From an uncultured Porphyromonadaceae bacterium (GTDB lineage Bacteria; Bacteroidota; Bacteroidia; Bacteroidales; Muribaculaceae): a DNA stretch of 64,000 nt. Below, piece after piece: positions 48,801 to 57,644 of the stretch (its first letter is position 1; the number at the start of each line of letters is the position of its first letter). A model generated the notes under the pieces. The model was given only the letters and a program-made list of their open reading frames with translations. It had not been told where the DNA came from and ran no database searches. A program made the position numbers and the translations under genes. The stretch is from NCBI GenBank assembly GCA_900550645.1, contig URTA01000004.1:29832-93831 (forward strand), written 5' to 3'.

Positions 48801-49500
48801 CATGTGCCTGATGGTCAACGGCGACAACACAACAGCCAACCCCATGGAGGCGCAGTCCACATACGTAAGCGGACACTATGACGGCGAGAAGCTCACGCTC
48901 CAGCCCTGGAACTTCATCAAGGTCTCCTACGACTTCCAGGAGAACCTCGGCACATATTACGACGTGAACCCCGTCTCCACATTCGTCAAGACCAACGCTG
49001 AGATGTCTTACAAGACAGACGGCCAGAGAATGGCAAACAGCCTCTACGCAACTGTAGAAGGCAACACTGTCACCCTCTACAACTGGGCAGGCCTCGGCAC
49101 AGTCCAGATGAAGCGCGACAACCTTAAGTGGTATATCGACGACACGACTCCGCTGTTGACAGAGGGCGAGAACGTATACTACGTGCAGTCACCTGACGGC
49201 GGCCCTGTATACATGGAGTACATGTTCAATCCCCGCCACATCTCCTTTGGCGAATGGTACGTAGTTACCGGCGGCGAGCTGATGATGGGCTTTGATTATG
49301 TCGACCTGCTCTTCCACTTTGACCTGCCGGTCAACACCGATGTTGAGGAGGTTACAGTTGCAGAATCCCCCGTCATCTCGACTGTATACTACAACGCAGC
49401 CGGCATGTCGTCGGCCCGTCCGTTCAACGGTTTCAACATCGTCGTGACCACACACGCCGACGGCAGCCAGCGAGCCAAGCGTGTTATGATAAGCAACTAA
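45808..49500 (+). CDS. T9SS cargo protein with N-terminal 'choice-of-anchor Q'-like beta-helix domain, ~13 leucine-rich repeats and a T9SS C-terminal sorting domain
   Basis: Signal peptide. RYVAADGTGDGSSWANAMSDLQAAIDASSSGDEIWVKQGTYKP matches the choice-of-anchor Q beta-helix start. Many GGAVY beta-helix rungs. 22-residue LRRs (LTSIDLS...). The C-terminus YYNAAGMSSARPFNGFNIVVTTHADGSQRAKRVMISN resembles a T9SS CTD. Confidence 0.7.
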   Translation: MKTRLTTLVMAAAITAAGTLGATVRYVAADGTGDGSSWANAMSDLQAAIDASSSGDEIWVKQGTYKPTSLIKSNKPTSKAFILKEGVSLYGGFAGTETSTSDRVRNGDNGFNLANVTELNADDDVPDVWTRTFDGTSYRWTWETENDQVTGTSGNSSHVLYCSSSFTEQTVIDGFTLRGANANVYQATASGGAVYALGNVTLRNCTMYENSAYFKVEADSSNALGGAVYLNGGTMEQCLVSRAFCHSSYGSGVGGAVYAKDAQITGCMFVDCVGLDGGGAVYMIRGSLSDCRFSNCYGSSGGAIYNNGGTIENITIEGCRAINGGGLYNAYGTVRNAIIYNCYADVTEYSSGEMGGGALCMNGGNASGIVAYNNTAFAGGGVYMKAETARLVNSTVLNNAVREGSTEPANIHISNADNVLNTIWDSSVNLAGNFVNPTSFSGYTTDWDMTNSLVNANWQLIEGSQFIDTGTPVEGFTEGTDAAGNPRVTGSSIDCGAYEYTDGTPVANATLLFGGEFNTIYLSIGTVGDTPYQVDWGDGNLVTYTEAYTPESDMFNQRELKGNYVRIYGDVRLLKLMGGNNCTGFSATGSPNLEILALPYNYMGNVDVAYLTKLQELDLSDNDLTSLTLPATNTLVKLDIDGNKLTELDFSGVPNLQELDAGDNGLTSFDLTGLSCLTSLSLDQNNLTSIDLSPCPLLTELSMEENALTSIDLSSLPQLSTLELRSNKLTDIDLSGNPQLAYLDVSENKLTELDLSHTPMLETVAANLNELPSIDLTPCASTLQNLSLSGNKLSSINLEGLPELMYLALDFNAFTSIDLSAVPQLEYIGLDNNMLTSIDLSANTLLSTVCLTGNQLTSLDLSNHSLLNEVYIDYNLMEADAIRSVISQLPETEDYAVLDISYMPGTSGVDITPAEEKGWDVTADYDEETEGSLASLNLQMRTIGTATEYCECVITFTDEAQTQFSISNFQGSSTSLKGTIDADNNVKIYPQVFYVGSDMCLMVNGDNTTANPMEAQSTYVSGHYDGEKLTLQPWNFIKVSYDFQENLGTYYDVNPVSTFVKTNAEMSYKTDGQRMANSLYATVEGNTVTLYNWAGLGTVQMKRDNLKWYIDDTTPLLTEGENVYYVQSPDGGPVYMEYMFNPRHISFGEWYVVTGGELMMGFDYVDLLFHFDLPVNTDVEEVTVAESPVISTVYYNAAGMSSARPFNGFNIVVTTHADGSQRAKRVMISN
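47650..48420 (+). repeat. Tandem ~66 bp coding repeats (LRR units) inside the T9SS cargo gene
   Basis: Periodic CTGAC(C/G)AGC(A/C)TCGAC(C/T)TG... units translating to LxxNxLTSIDLS. Confidence 0.6.
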
Positions 49501-49747
49501 ACGACCAATCCCCGGCTTATCCGCCGCCCTGACGGCGGCAGTCAGCCCGACAATGGGGCAGGAGGCACGCGCTTCCTGCCCTGATTTTTGCTTGAAACCT
49601 GCGGAAATGTGCCTGAAAAACGGAGATTTCCGCAAGTTTCGTGCATGATTCGATATTTAGAAGCTATGGGTTAGGTTAAAAATCGGGGTTGCGGGGGCGC
49701 GGAATATTTCGTAATTTTGTGGTTTCAAACAGGTAAACTATCCAAGC

Positions 49748-51787
49748 ATGGAAAAGAAATTCAAACGGACTCTCATCACCACGGCGTTGCCCTACGCTAA
49801 CGGACCTGTCCACATAGGACACCTCGCCGGAGTATACATACCAGCTGACATCTACGCACGGTATATGCGCCTGCGCGGCGAGGAGGTCATTCTCATCGGC
49901 GGAAGCGACGAGCATGGCGTGCCTATCACCATCAAGGCCAAGGCCGAGGGCGTCACTCCGCAGGACATCGTGGACCGGTACCACAAAATCATCAAGGACT
50001 CGTTTCGCGAGCTGGGCATCTCGTTTGACTACTACGGACGCACCACCTCAGAGACGCACCGCCGCACTGCTTCCGACTTCTTCCGCCGCCTGTACGACAA
50101 GGGCGCGTTCATCGAGCAGACCTCGGAGCAGCTCTACGATGAGGAGGCCGGGGAGTTCCTCGCTGACCGCTATGTCACCGGCACTTGCCCCCATTGCGGC
50201 AACGAGCGTGCCTACGGCGACCAGTGCGAGGCGTGCGGCACGTCGCTCAATGCCACCGACCTCATCAACCCCCGCTCTGCCATAACCGGCAACGTCCCCG
50301 TCATGCGCGAGACATCGCACTGGTATCTGCCGCTCGACCAGTACCAGGAACGCCTCAGCCACTGGATACTCGACCAGCACAAGGAGTGGAAGCCCAACGT
50401 GTACGGACAGTGCAAGTCATGGCTTGACCTCGGACTACAGCCGCGTGCCGTGAGTCGCGACCTGAAATGGGGCATACCCGTTCCTGTCGAGGGCGCGGAG
50501 GGCAAGGTGTTGTACGTGTGGTTTGACGCGCCGATCGGCTATATATCAAACACCATAGACCTCTGTCCCGACGACTGGGAGAAGTGGTGGAAAGACCCCG
50601 AGACGCGGATGCTCCATTTCATCGGCAAGGACAACATCGTCTTCCACTGCATCATCTTCCCCGCCATGCTCATGGCCGACGGCTCGTTCAACCTCCCCGA
50701 CAACGTCCCCGCCAACGAGTTCCTCAACCTCGAGGACGACAAGATTTCTACCTCGCGCAACTGGGCCGTATGGCTGCACGAGTACCTGCGCGAACTCCCC
50801 GGCAAGCAGGACGTGTTGCGCTATGTGCTGACCGCCAACGCCCCGGAGACAAAGGACAACAACTTCACCTGGTCTGACTTCCAGACACGCAACAATTCGG
50901 AGCTGGTTGCCATACTCGGCAATTTTGTCAACCGCGCCATGGTGCTGATACACAAATACTACGGCGGAGCAGTGCCTCCGCGCGGCGAGTACGGCGAAAT
51001 GGAACGCGACCTGTTTGACACCATCCGCGCTGCCGTGAGCCGCGAGAGCGACAACATCGACCACTTCAAGTTCCGCGAGGCTCTCAAGGACGCTATGGAG
51101 ATAGCGCGTGCCGGCAACAAGTATCTCGCTGACGCAGAGCCGTGGAAGCTCATCAAGACCGACCCGGAGCGCACCGCGACTGTGCTCAATGCCGCTGTGC
51201 AGGTGTGCGCCAACATCGCCGTTGCCTTCGAGCCGTTTCTCCCCTTCATGGCAGAGAAGCTCCTCGCGCAGTTGCGCATGGGCAAGCCTGCATGGGAGAT
51301 GACTGGGCGCGACGACCTGATAGCCGAAGGCACGGTGCTCGACAAGCCAGAGCTGCTCTTCGAGAAGATTGGCGATGAAGTAGTTGAGGCACAGCTTGCC
51401 AAGCTCGCTGAAGCCAAGCGGCAGAACCTCCTGCGCTCTTGGACGCCCGAGCCAGTCAAGAAGAACGTGCCCTTCGAGACATTCGAACAGATGGACATCC
51501 GTGTCGGCACTGTCCTCGAATGCGAGAAAGTCAAGAAGGCTGACAAACTGCTGCGCTTCCTCATTGACGACGGCATGCAACGCCGCACCATCGTCAGCGG
51601 CATCGCCAAGCATTACCAGCCCGAAGACCTCATCGGCAAGCAAGTGTGCTTCATTGCCAACTTCGAGCCGCGCAAGCTGAAAGGCATCCTCTCCGAGGGC
51701 ATGATACTCTCCGCAGCCGCGCCAGACGGGCGGCTTATCGTCATCGGTCCGACAGGCCCGGTAGCTCCCGGCAGCTGCGTAGGCTGA
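49748..51787 (+). CDS. metG: Methionine--tRNA ligase
   Basis: HIGH motif [16 protein letters not shown]-like KISTSR. Zn knuckle CPHCG...CEACG. C-terminal EMAP/tRNA-binding domain. Confidence 0.9.
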   Translation: MEKKFKRTLITTALPYANGPVHIGHLAGVYIPADIYARYMRLRGEEVILIGGSDEHGVPITIKAKAEGVTPQDIVDRYHKIIKDSFRELGISFDYYGRTTSETHRRTASDFFRRLYDKGAFIEQTSEQLYDEEAGEFLADRYVTGTCPHCGNERAYGDQCEACGTSLNATDLINPRSAITGNVPVMRETSHWYLPLDQYQERLSHWILDQHKEWKPNVYGQCKSWLDLGLQPRAVSRDLKWGIPVPVEGAEGKVLYVWFDAPIGYISNTIDLCPDDWEKWWKDPETRMLHFIGKDNIVFHCIIFPAMLMADGSFNLPDNVPANEFLNLEDDKISTSRNWAVWLHEYLRELPGKQDVLRYVLTANAPETKDNNFTWSDFQTRNNSELVAILGNFVNRAMVLIHKYYGGAVPPRGEYGEMERDLFDTIRAAVSRESDNIDHFKFREALKDAMEIARAGNKYLADAEPWKLIKTDPERTATVLNAAVQVCANIAVAFEPFLPFMAEKLLAQLRMGKPAWEMTGRDDLIAEGTVLDKPELLFEKIGDEVVEAQLAKLAEAKRQNLLRSWTPEPVKKNVPFETFEQMDIRVGTVLECEKVKKADKLLRFLIDDGMQRRTIVSGIAKHYQPEDLIGKQVCFIANFEPRKLKGILSEGMILSAAAPDGRLIVIGPTGPVAPGSCVG

Positions 51788-51835
51788 CCTGGCTACGCAG
51801 CATCTGCTGCGGTTGCGCATTTTTAACGCATTGTA

Positions 51836-52528
51836 TTGTCCCATTGGTCGTATTTGTTTGTATATTTGTCGCCGATAAATATGCAAGCAAATATGGCTGT
51901 CCCCATAATCGAACTACTGAACCATGCTGACGGCGAGGCGATGCTGTTCCTCAACTCTTTCAACCATTCCTCGCTCGACCAGCTGATGTACGCCCTCTCC
52001 GGGCGGTTCACGTGGATGCCGTTCTACATATTCCTCTTCGTCCTGATAGTGCGCCGCTTCGGCTGGCGCAAAGCGGTGTTCAGCCTGTTGCTCATAGCAC
52101 TGACCATACTCCTCGCAGACAAGTTGTGCAACAACCTGCTGCGTCCCATGATAGGGCGGCTGCGCCCGGCGTGCCTCGACAACCCGCTCAGCCGCTGGAT
52201 CCATATCGTCAACGAATACCGTGGCGGACGCAACGGCTTTCCCTCATGCCACGCTGCCAAGAGCTTCGCGCTCGCCGTCTACCTGATACGCACCATGCGC
52301 TGGCGCGGCTACGCCATGGCGGCGATACTCGTATGGGCTGTGCTCATCGCATATACGCGCATATACCTCGGCGTGCATTACCCCGGCGACGTGATAGTGG
52401 GCGGGCTGATAGGCAGCGCGATAGCTTACGGCACCTCAACGCTGTTCCTCCGCAGGGACGCCCTCCGCGCCCTTGCCGTGAAAGCATGGGCGGCATTGCC
52501 GCGCCTCTGGCGGCACACTCGCGCCTGA
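51836..52528 (+). CDS. PAP2 family phosphatase (membrane)
   Basis: KxxxxxxRP (KLCNNLLRPMIGRLRP). PSGH-like FPSCH. SRxxxxxHxxxD-like YTRIYLGVHYPGD. Confidence 0.7.
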   Translation: MSHWSYLFVYLSPINMQANMAVPIIELLNHADGEAMLFLNSFNHSSLDQLMYALSGRFTWMPFYIFLFVLIVRRFGWRKAVFSLLLIALTILLADKLCNNLLRPMIGRLRPACLDNPLSRWIHIVNEYRGGRNGFPSCHAAKSFALAVYLIRTMRWRGYAMAAILVWAVLIAYTRIYLGVHYPGDVIVGGLIGSAIAYGTSTLFLRRDALRALAVKAWAALPRLWRHTRA

Positions 52529-52679
52529 AACGCAGCCTTTATCCGAAAATGTCGCTTTTCGGACTGCAATGCCCGGCTGAATGAGATATTTTATCTAAAT
52601 TCGCGCTGACAAACCCTTGCCGGCTTGCCGACAGGGCAAACATACACCAAACAACACCCAAAACAATAACACCAAACAA

Positions 52680-53954
52680 ATGAGTTTATTCAACCGATCA
52701 TCCTCCAAAGGCAGCGGTCAACAGCCTGACACAAAGCATTGTGATTCCCAGCCCGACTGGTGGGACGCGGCTTTTCTGGTGGACGAAGCCAAGTTCCGTC
52801 ATCAGCCGCACTCAGTGAAACGCTCCTCTCGTGATGACCAAGTCACCCTCGGGTATATCCTCAAGGAAATACTCAATATTGACCCTGCTGACATCGGTGC
52901 TATGACCATTGTCAGCCGCGAAGCCTTTGCCTCAAAGTGTAAAACAGAGACTATTGAAGATCCGTCAGACGTACAGGCGTACAAGCCCTTTGACGCGATA
53001 CTGGATTGCACTCCCGAAGGCGAATGCAAAATACGTGGCGGTCAAAATACCGTCCTCGTCATCTCCTTCCGCCCTTCTCACCTGATTTGCCTCAAATCCG
53101 ACGAGCGAAAGGACAAGTCAAACCAGCACACCGACAATTCTATTATTATGTATCTGCGTGCTCTCGACCCGTTCTCCAAAGGAAGCAAGTATATGCGCGT
53201 GTCGGTGTTGATACCCAACTTCATCGGCTCAGACGACTTCCGCAACCCGCAATCTCCCAACACGCCGTTCTCAGCCAGCTTCATCCTCGTCTATGACACG
53301 GTGCCGCCTGAGAAACGCCTTGAGGAGTATGAGCGCGTGAAGCAGTCGCTTGACAAGGGTTTGGAAGCTGACAGAAGTCTGACGCAAGAGGAACTGGCGG
53401 TACTTGAGGGAATAACAGGCACACAGGGCCTTGCCCGCGAATTGAACTACGCACGCTGGCTTATTAGCCGGAACTGCTATGTCGATGCGCTGCCAAGTCT
53501 GATGAAAGCATACGAACTGATAAGTGTCATGTTGCCAAAGAACTCCGATGAGCTGAAAGAAGCTTTTCAGGAGACCTGTTTCAACATAGGCTTATGCTAC
53601 AACCGTCTGGGGCAGTTTGACCGCGCTGCTTACTACCTCAGGATGGTGCTGGATCGTTCTGACGATGTACACTATGCCGTAGAGTACATCAACGCGCAGG
53701 CCTACAGCGGCGACCCTAGTGCGATGTGGACTGTTGCAAGGTATATCAAAGAATGTGAGGAGGGCAAATGGGATGACGTGCCTGAGGTCGGGGCTTTCTG
53801 CCAGTTCCTCTATCGTCAAATGGTATGCCTGTACATCAAGCATGAAATATGGGACAATGCGCGCGAGCTGCTCGAACAGATGAAAGACTCACCGGCAGAC
53901 CGCGAGTTTGCCCTCGGTCAGCTGGAATACCTCCGCCAGCTCGGCAAGGCATGA
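52680..53954 (+). CDS. Hypothetical protein with C-terminal TPR-like helical region
   Basis: ATG at 52680 (MSLFNRSS). No family recognised. Helical repeat character in the C-terminal third. Confidence 0.5.
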   Translation: MSLFNRSSSKGSGQQPDTKHCDSQPDWWDAAFLVDEAKFRHQPHSVKRSSRDDQVTLGYILKEILNIDPADIGAMTIVSREAFASKCKTETIEDPSDVQAYKPFDAILDCTPEGECKIRGGQNTVLVISFRPSHLICLKSDERKDKSNQHTDNSIIMYLRALDPFSKGSKYMRVSVLIPNFIGSDDFRNPQSPNTPFSASFILVYDTVPPEKRLEEYERVKQSLDKGLEADRSLTQEELAVLEGITGTQGLARELNYARWLISRNCYVDALPSLMKAYELISVMLPKNSDELKEAFQETCFNIGLCYNRLGQFDRAAYYLRMVLDRSDDVHYAVEYINAQAYSGDPSAMWTVARYIKECEEGKWDDVPEVGAFCQFLYRQMVCLYIKHEIWDNARELLEQMKDSPADREFALGQLEYLRQLGKA

Positions 53955-53966
53955 CGCTATTGTCTC

Positions 53967-54419
53967 TCAATCCTCGGAGTTCTCGGAGTCTTCTGAGAAC
54001 TCCGATACTTTATTGTCATGCCAGCGGGAGGGGCGCAGGCGCAGTGCGAGCCAGTAGCCGGCGGCGCATGCCAGCAGGCAGCCGACGACGGTGGCGATGC
54101 CTATCAGCACCCATGCGTTGAAACGTCCCTGCTCGAAGTAGCGCACCGCATCGAGGGTGAAGGTGGAGAATGTTGAGAAGCCGCCGCAGAAGCCGGTCAT
54201 CGAGGCGAGGGCGAATGCGTTGCGTGTGTCGTCGCTCCATGGTGAGGAGTTGAGCCAGCCGGCGATGATGCCTATCGCGAAACAGGCGACGAGGTTGGCA
54301 GCGAGCGTAGGCATGGCTGCGAATACCCCGGTGGACCAGCCGCGAGCTGCGAACAGGCGGACGATGCCGTAGCGGCATATCGCGCCGAGACCTCCGAAGA
54401 GCCATACCGTGAGGTATTT
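53967..54419 (-). CDS. crcB: Fluoride ion channel CrcB/Fluc
   Basis: Four TM helices. GGxxGAxxRY N-terminus. TGFCGGFSTFSTF signature. Start chosen at MKYLTVWLFGGLGA. Unusual acidic C-terminal tail. Confidence 0.75.
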   Translation of the reverse strand, partial: KYLTVWLFGGLGAICRYGIVRLFAARGWSTGVFAAMPTLAANLVACFAIGIIAGWLNSSPWSDDTRNAFALASMTGFCGGFSTFSTFTLDAVRYFEQGRFNAWVLIGIATVVGCLLACAAGYWLALRLRPSRWHDNKVSEFSEDSENSED

Positions 54420-54522
54420 CATCAGTGTTGACATATCTGTTATTGAGTTGAGCCGGTGTTTGTTTCGTTCCTGCATCTCTCAAGGGCGAGCCGATGCGGA
54501 ACGGACGGAGCGGCGGACAAAG

Positions 54523-54558
54523 AAAAAGGCGGTCAGCTCGAGAGCCAGCCGCCTTTTT
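54523..54558. terminator. Bidirectional hairpin (AAAAA GGCGG...CCGCC TTTTT) between the TPR gene and crcB
   Basis: GC stem flanked by an A-tract and a T-tract. Confidence 0.5.
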
Positions 54559-54624
54559 AATAAATACGCAAAAAGTGTTTTATTATTTTTGTGAGTCTAT
54601 TATTCGGTGTCGGTGTGTTTGGGG

Positions 54625-55308
54625 TCACTTGCCGAGGCGAGCTTTCTCGCGCTCGATGTATGCCTCCATAGTCAACCCGTTGAACGAGTAGTTCGGGTTG
54701 CGCTGGTATAACTGCTCGTATATTTCGAGAGCCTTGTCGTATTTCTTTTGCGCGTCGTATACAGTAGCGCATTTGATGAGTGCGAGCGGCACTATCTGGT
54801 CGTTGTCGGCAGCTGCGGTGGCAGCTTTCTGGAACTGGCTGATTGCCTCGTCATATTTTTTGAGGTTGACGTAGCAGTCGCCTTTCATTATTGTGGTGGT
54901 TGCGCTGAGCACCTCGTTGCTTGTGCTGAACTTGTCGAGGTAGTTGAGCGCGTCCTGGTATTTGCCGATTTCGTAGAAATGCTCTGCGGCTTCGATTGCT
55001 GCGAGGTTGGCTGCGTCAGTGCCTTTGTACTGGTCGGCTACTTTCTTGTACTCGTTGGCGTATATTGTGTCGTTGTTGGCGGCCATGTTGTTTATTTCCA
55101 CCTTGCCGTATGCGTCGAAAGCCTTTTCGTTCTCCGGGTTGCGGAGCAAATAGAAATATCCGGCAACGGCGAGAGCTGCAATCACTATGACGCCCACGAC
55201 GATTGCGAGGGGCTTCTTGTTGGCGGCAATTTTCTCGCCCGCGCCTTTGAGGTCCGCGTCGAGGTGGTCTATGGCGTTGCCTTCTTCGTGATGGTTCTTA
55301 TCTGACAT
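54625..55308 (-). CDS. TPR-repeat membrane-anchored protein (YfgM-like)
   Basis: N-terminal TM helix PLAIVVGVIVIAALAVAGYFYLL followed by TPRs. Confidence 0.6.
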   Translation of the reverse strand: MSDKNHHEEGNAIDHLDADLKGAGEKIAANKKPLAIVVGVIVIAALAVAGYFYLLRNPENEKAFDAYGKVEINNMAANNDTIYANEYKKVADQYKGTDAANLAAIEAAEHFYEIGKYQDALNYLDKFSTSNEVLSATTTIMKGDCYVNLKKYDEAISQFQKAATAAADNDQIVPLALIKCATVYDAQKKYDKALEIYEQLYQRNPNYSFNGLTMEAYIEREKARLGK

Positions 55309-55445
55309 TTCTGTGTATGGTTTTGTGTTGTACACGTTTTATGACGTGCAAAAGTACAATTTTTTTCTGACGCGGAAAAATTTCGGGACATATTTTTTCG
55401 CGGCGTGGCAAATTTGTTGTATCTTCGCGTAAAAAAGAACGGAAT

Positions 55446-56900
55446 ATGGCGGCAAAGACGGCAAGGGCGGGTCTTGAGCAGACCCTTGGGCAGCGTATGG
55501 CGCAGGTGCAGATGCAGATGCGCCTGGCGCGTATGATTGAGCTTACCGCCCCGGAGCTGGACGATGCGGTGCAGCGTGAGCTTATCGAGAACCCTGCGCT
55601 GGAGGCGCGTGACGACGACAGCAGTGAGCAGACGGCGACGGACGACGGCGACAAGTTCAGCGAGTCGGGGGAGGAACTGCAGCGCAAGGACTATGCCGAC
55701 CCTGATGACGTGCCTCTTTATCTGCGCCACGCCCGCAACCGCTCGCGCGATGACTACCGCGAGATGCCGCTCCCGGCGGACACGTCGGAGTCGCTGTATG
55801 ACATACTGCTCACTGCACTGGGACAGCGCAAGCTGCCTCAGGAGGTGGCGCAGACGGCGCGTTACATAATCGGCAACCTGGACAGCAACGGCTACTTGCA
55901 GCGGACGCAGACGGGCATTGCCGACGACATGGCCATCAATTATGGCGTGCAGGTGTTGCCGCAGACTGTGGCGGAGGCTGTGCGCCAGGTGCAGGAGCTC
56001 GAGCCTTACGGCATCGGCGCGAGTGACCTGCGCGAGTGCCTTATGATACAGCTGCGGCACTTGCCGGCCTCTAAAGCCCGTGACGATGCAGCTCATATAC
56101 TCGACAAGGCATACGACGCTTTCACCAAAAAACGGTCGAACCGCATAGTGACGCAGCTGCATTTGCCGCAGGAGCGTGTGACGGCTGCGCTGGAACTGAT
56201 ACAGACGCTCAACCCGCGTCCTGGCGCGGGGCTGGGAGGAGAGGTCGGCTCGACGGCCGCCCCGGTCATTCCGGATTTCGACATTGACGTTGAGGACGGC
56301 GAGATAACGGTGTCGCTCAACAACAGCATACCGGATCTTCAGATTTCAGAGAGTTTCGCGGGCGCGGTGCGCATGATGAACGAGAACGCCCGCAAGCGCA
56401 AGGAGGCTCCCGACACCAAATTCATCACTGACCGTTACCGCAGCGCGAAGGAGTTCATAGAGCTGCTGAAGCTGCGCCAGACCACCCTTTTCTCTGTCAT
56501 GACGGCGATAGTGAAGGTGCAGCGCGAGTATTTCCTGACGGAGGACGTGCATGAGCTGCGCCCCATGGGCATCAAGGACCTGGAGGAGATGACGGGCTAT
56601 GACAAGTCGGTCATTTCGCGTGTGACGGCCGAGAAGTATGCGTCGCTGCCGTGGGGCGTGTTCCCGCTGCGGTTCTTTTTCGGCGGCTCGCTGGGCGAGG
56701 GCGGCGAGGAGTATACCGCCAAGGCTGTTGAGGACATCATGCGCCAGCTTGTTGACGCGGAGGACAAGCGGCATCCGCTGAGCGACGATGCGTTGCGTGC
56801 TGAGATTAGCAAGAAGGGTTATGAGATTTCGCGGCGCACGGTGGCGAAATACCGCGACCGCATGAAGATACCCGTGGCACGTCTGCGTCGCGAGATGTAG
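55446..56900 (+). CDS. rpoN: RNA polymerase sigma-54 factor
   Basis: N-terminal Gln/Leu-rich region I. C-terminal HTH and RpoN box ARRTVAKYR. Confidence 0.9.
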   Translation: MAAKTARAGLEQTLGQRMAQVQMQMRLARMIELTAPELDDAVQRELIENPALEARDDDSSEQTATDDGDKFSESGEELQRKDYADPDDVPLYLRHARNRSRDDYREMPLPADTSESLYDILLTALGQRKLPQEVAQTARYIIGNLDSNGYLQRTQTGIADDMAINYGVQVLPQTVAEAVRQVQELEPYGIGASDLRECLMIQLRHLPASKARDDAAHILDKAYDAFTKKRSNRIVTQLHLPQERVTAALELIQTLNPRPGAGLGGEVGSTAAPVIPDFDIDVEDGEITVSLNNSIPDLQISESFAGAVRMMNENARKRKEAPDTKFITDRYRSAKEFIELLKLRQTTLFSVMTAIVKVQREYFLTEDVHELRPMGIKDLEEMTGYDKSVISRVTAEKYASLPWGVFPLRFFFGGSLGEGGEEYTAKAVEDIMRQLVDAEDKRHPLSDDALRAEISKKGYEISRRTVAKYRDRMKIPVARLRREM

Positions 56901-56911
56901 ACGTGTGAGTT

Positions 56912-57637
56912 TCAAGCAAACACCTGCCGCAATATCTCTGTGGAGTTGAGGCGGTCAGCCCCCGGAATGTGTATGGCGTAATACCGTATCAGCCCGGCGA
57001 GCAGTCGCCGTCGCGTGTCGGCGTTCATGCGCAGCCGCCGGCAGTTCACATAGTCAAGTTTGGAGAGCAGCAGGGGCATACGCGCCTCTTCGCCGGCAAG
57101 TACGTCGGCGTGTGGCGGCGTGTGGTCGGTGTACCGCCCTTCGCGCATGTCGAAGCGAGCGTGCGGCGTGTAGTCCCCGGTGTCGGGGTTGATGCCGGCA
57201 TACGCGGTCATGCGCGATAGGAAGGCTATGTGGAAGTTGGCTGCCGCCGGTGTGGTGTCGAGTTCGCGCACTGACGTGTCGAGAAACTGCCACAGCAGGG
57301 GGTCGGGCAGGGCTTCGCGCAAGGTGTTGGATAGGAACTCGGCGATGAACAGTGCCACTGCGCTTTTCGCCGGGTTGCCGTAAATGCCGTTGTTGGGGCG
57401 TGCGAGCGCATAGCGTCCGAGTGTCTGCAGCTCGCGGTCAGGGCGGAAGTTGATTTCTCCCTCGATGACCGACAGAGGCATGGCTGCGGCACGCCGCTGC
57501 CGCGATGAACGCGAGCTGCCGCCGGCGGGTATGACGGCAGCCATGCGTCCATGGGTGTCGGTGTATAGGTGAATGATGCTGACACGGTCGGAGTGCCGCA
57601 CCGTGCCGAGCACTATGGCGTTGAATCGCTGGTGCAT
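56912..57637 (-). CDS. recO: DNA repair protein RecO
   Basis: RecO N-terminal OB-like region, with start at MHQRFNAIVLGTVRHSD. The upstream Ser/Arg-rich extension is an alternative-start artefact. Confidence 0.75.
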   Translation of the reverse strand: MHQRFNAIVLGTVRHSDRVSIIHLYTDTHGRMAAVIPAGGSSRSSRQRRAAAMPLSVIEGEINFRPDRELQTLGRYALARPNNGIYGNPAKSAVALFIAEFLSNTLREALPDPLLWQFLDTSVRELDTTPAAANFHIAFLSRMTAYAGINPDTGDYTPHARFDMREGRYTDHTPPHADVLAGEEARMPLLLSKLDYVNCRRLRMNADTRRRLLAGLIRYYAIHIPGADRLNSTEILRQVFA

Positions 57638-57644
57638 TGGCGTG

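Noticed and set aside
50546-51886. 446 aa ORF antisense to metG
   Set aside because: Fully contained in the opposite strand of a confidently identified MetRS gene. The Ala/Gly/Arg-rich composition is typical of GC-rich antisense frames.
54420-54520. Fluoride riboswitch upstream of crcB
   Set aside because: Searched the minus-strand leader by eye. Only a CUGAUGA...CCUCAC fragment is present and the conserved GGCGAUGG...UCGCC P1 helix is missing. Not callable without a covariance model.
56346-56915. 189 aa ORF antisense to rpoN
   Set aside because: Overlaps the 3' half of rpoN on the other strand. No motifs.
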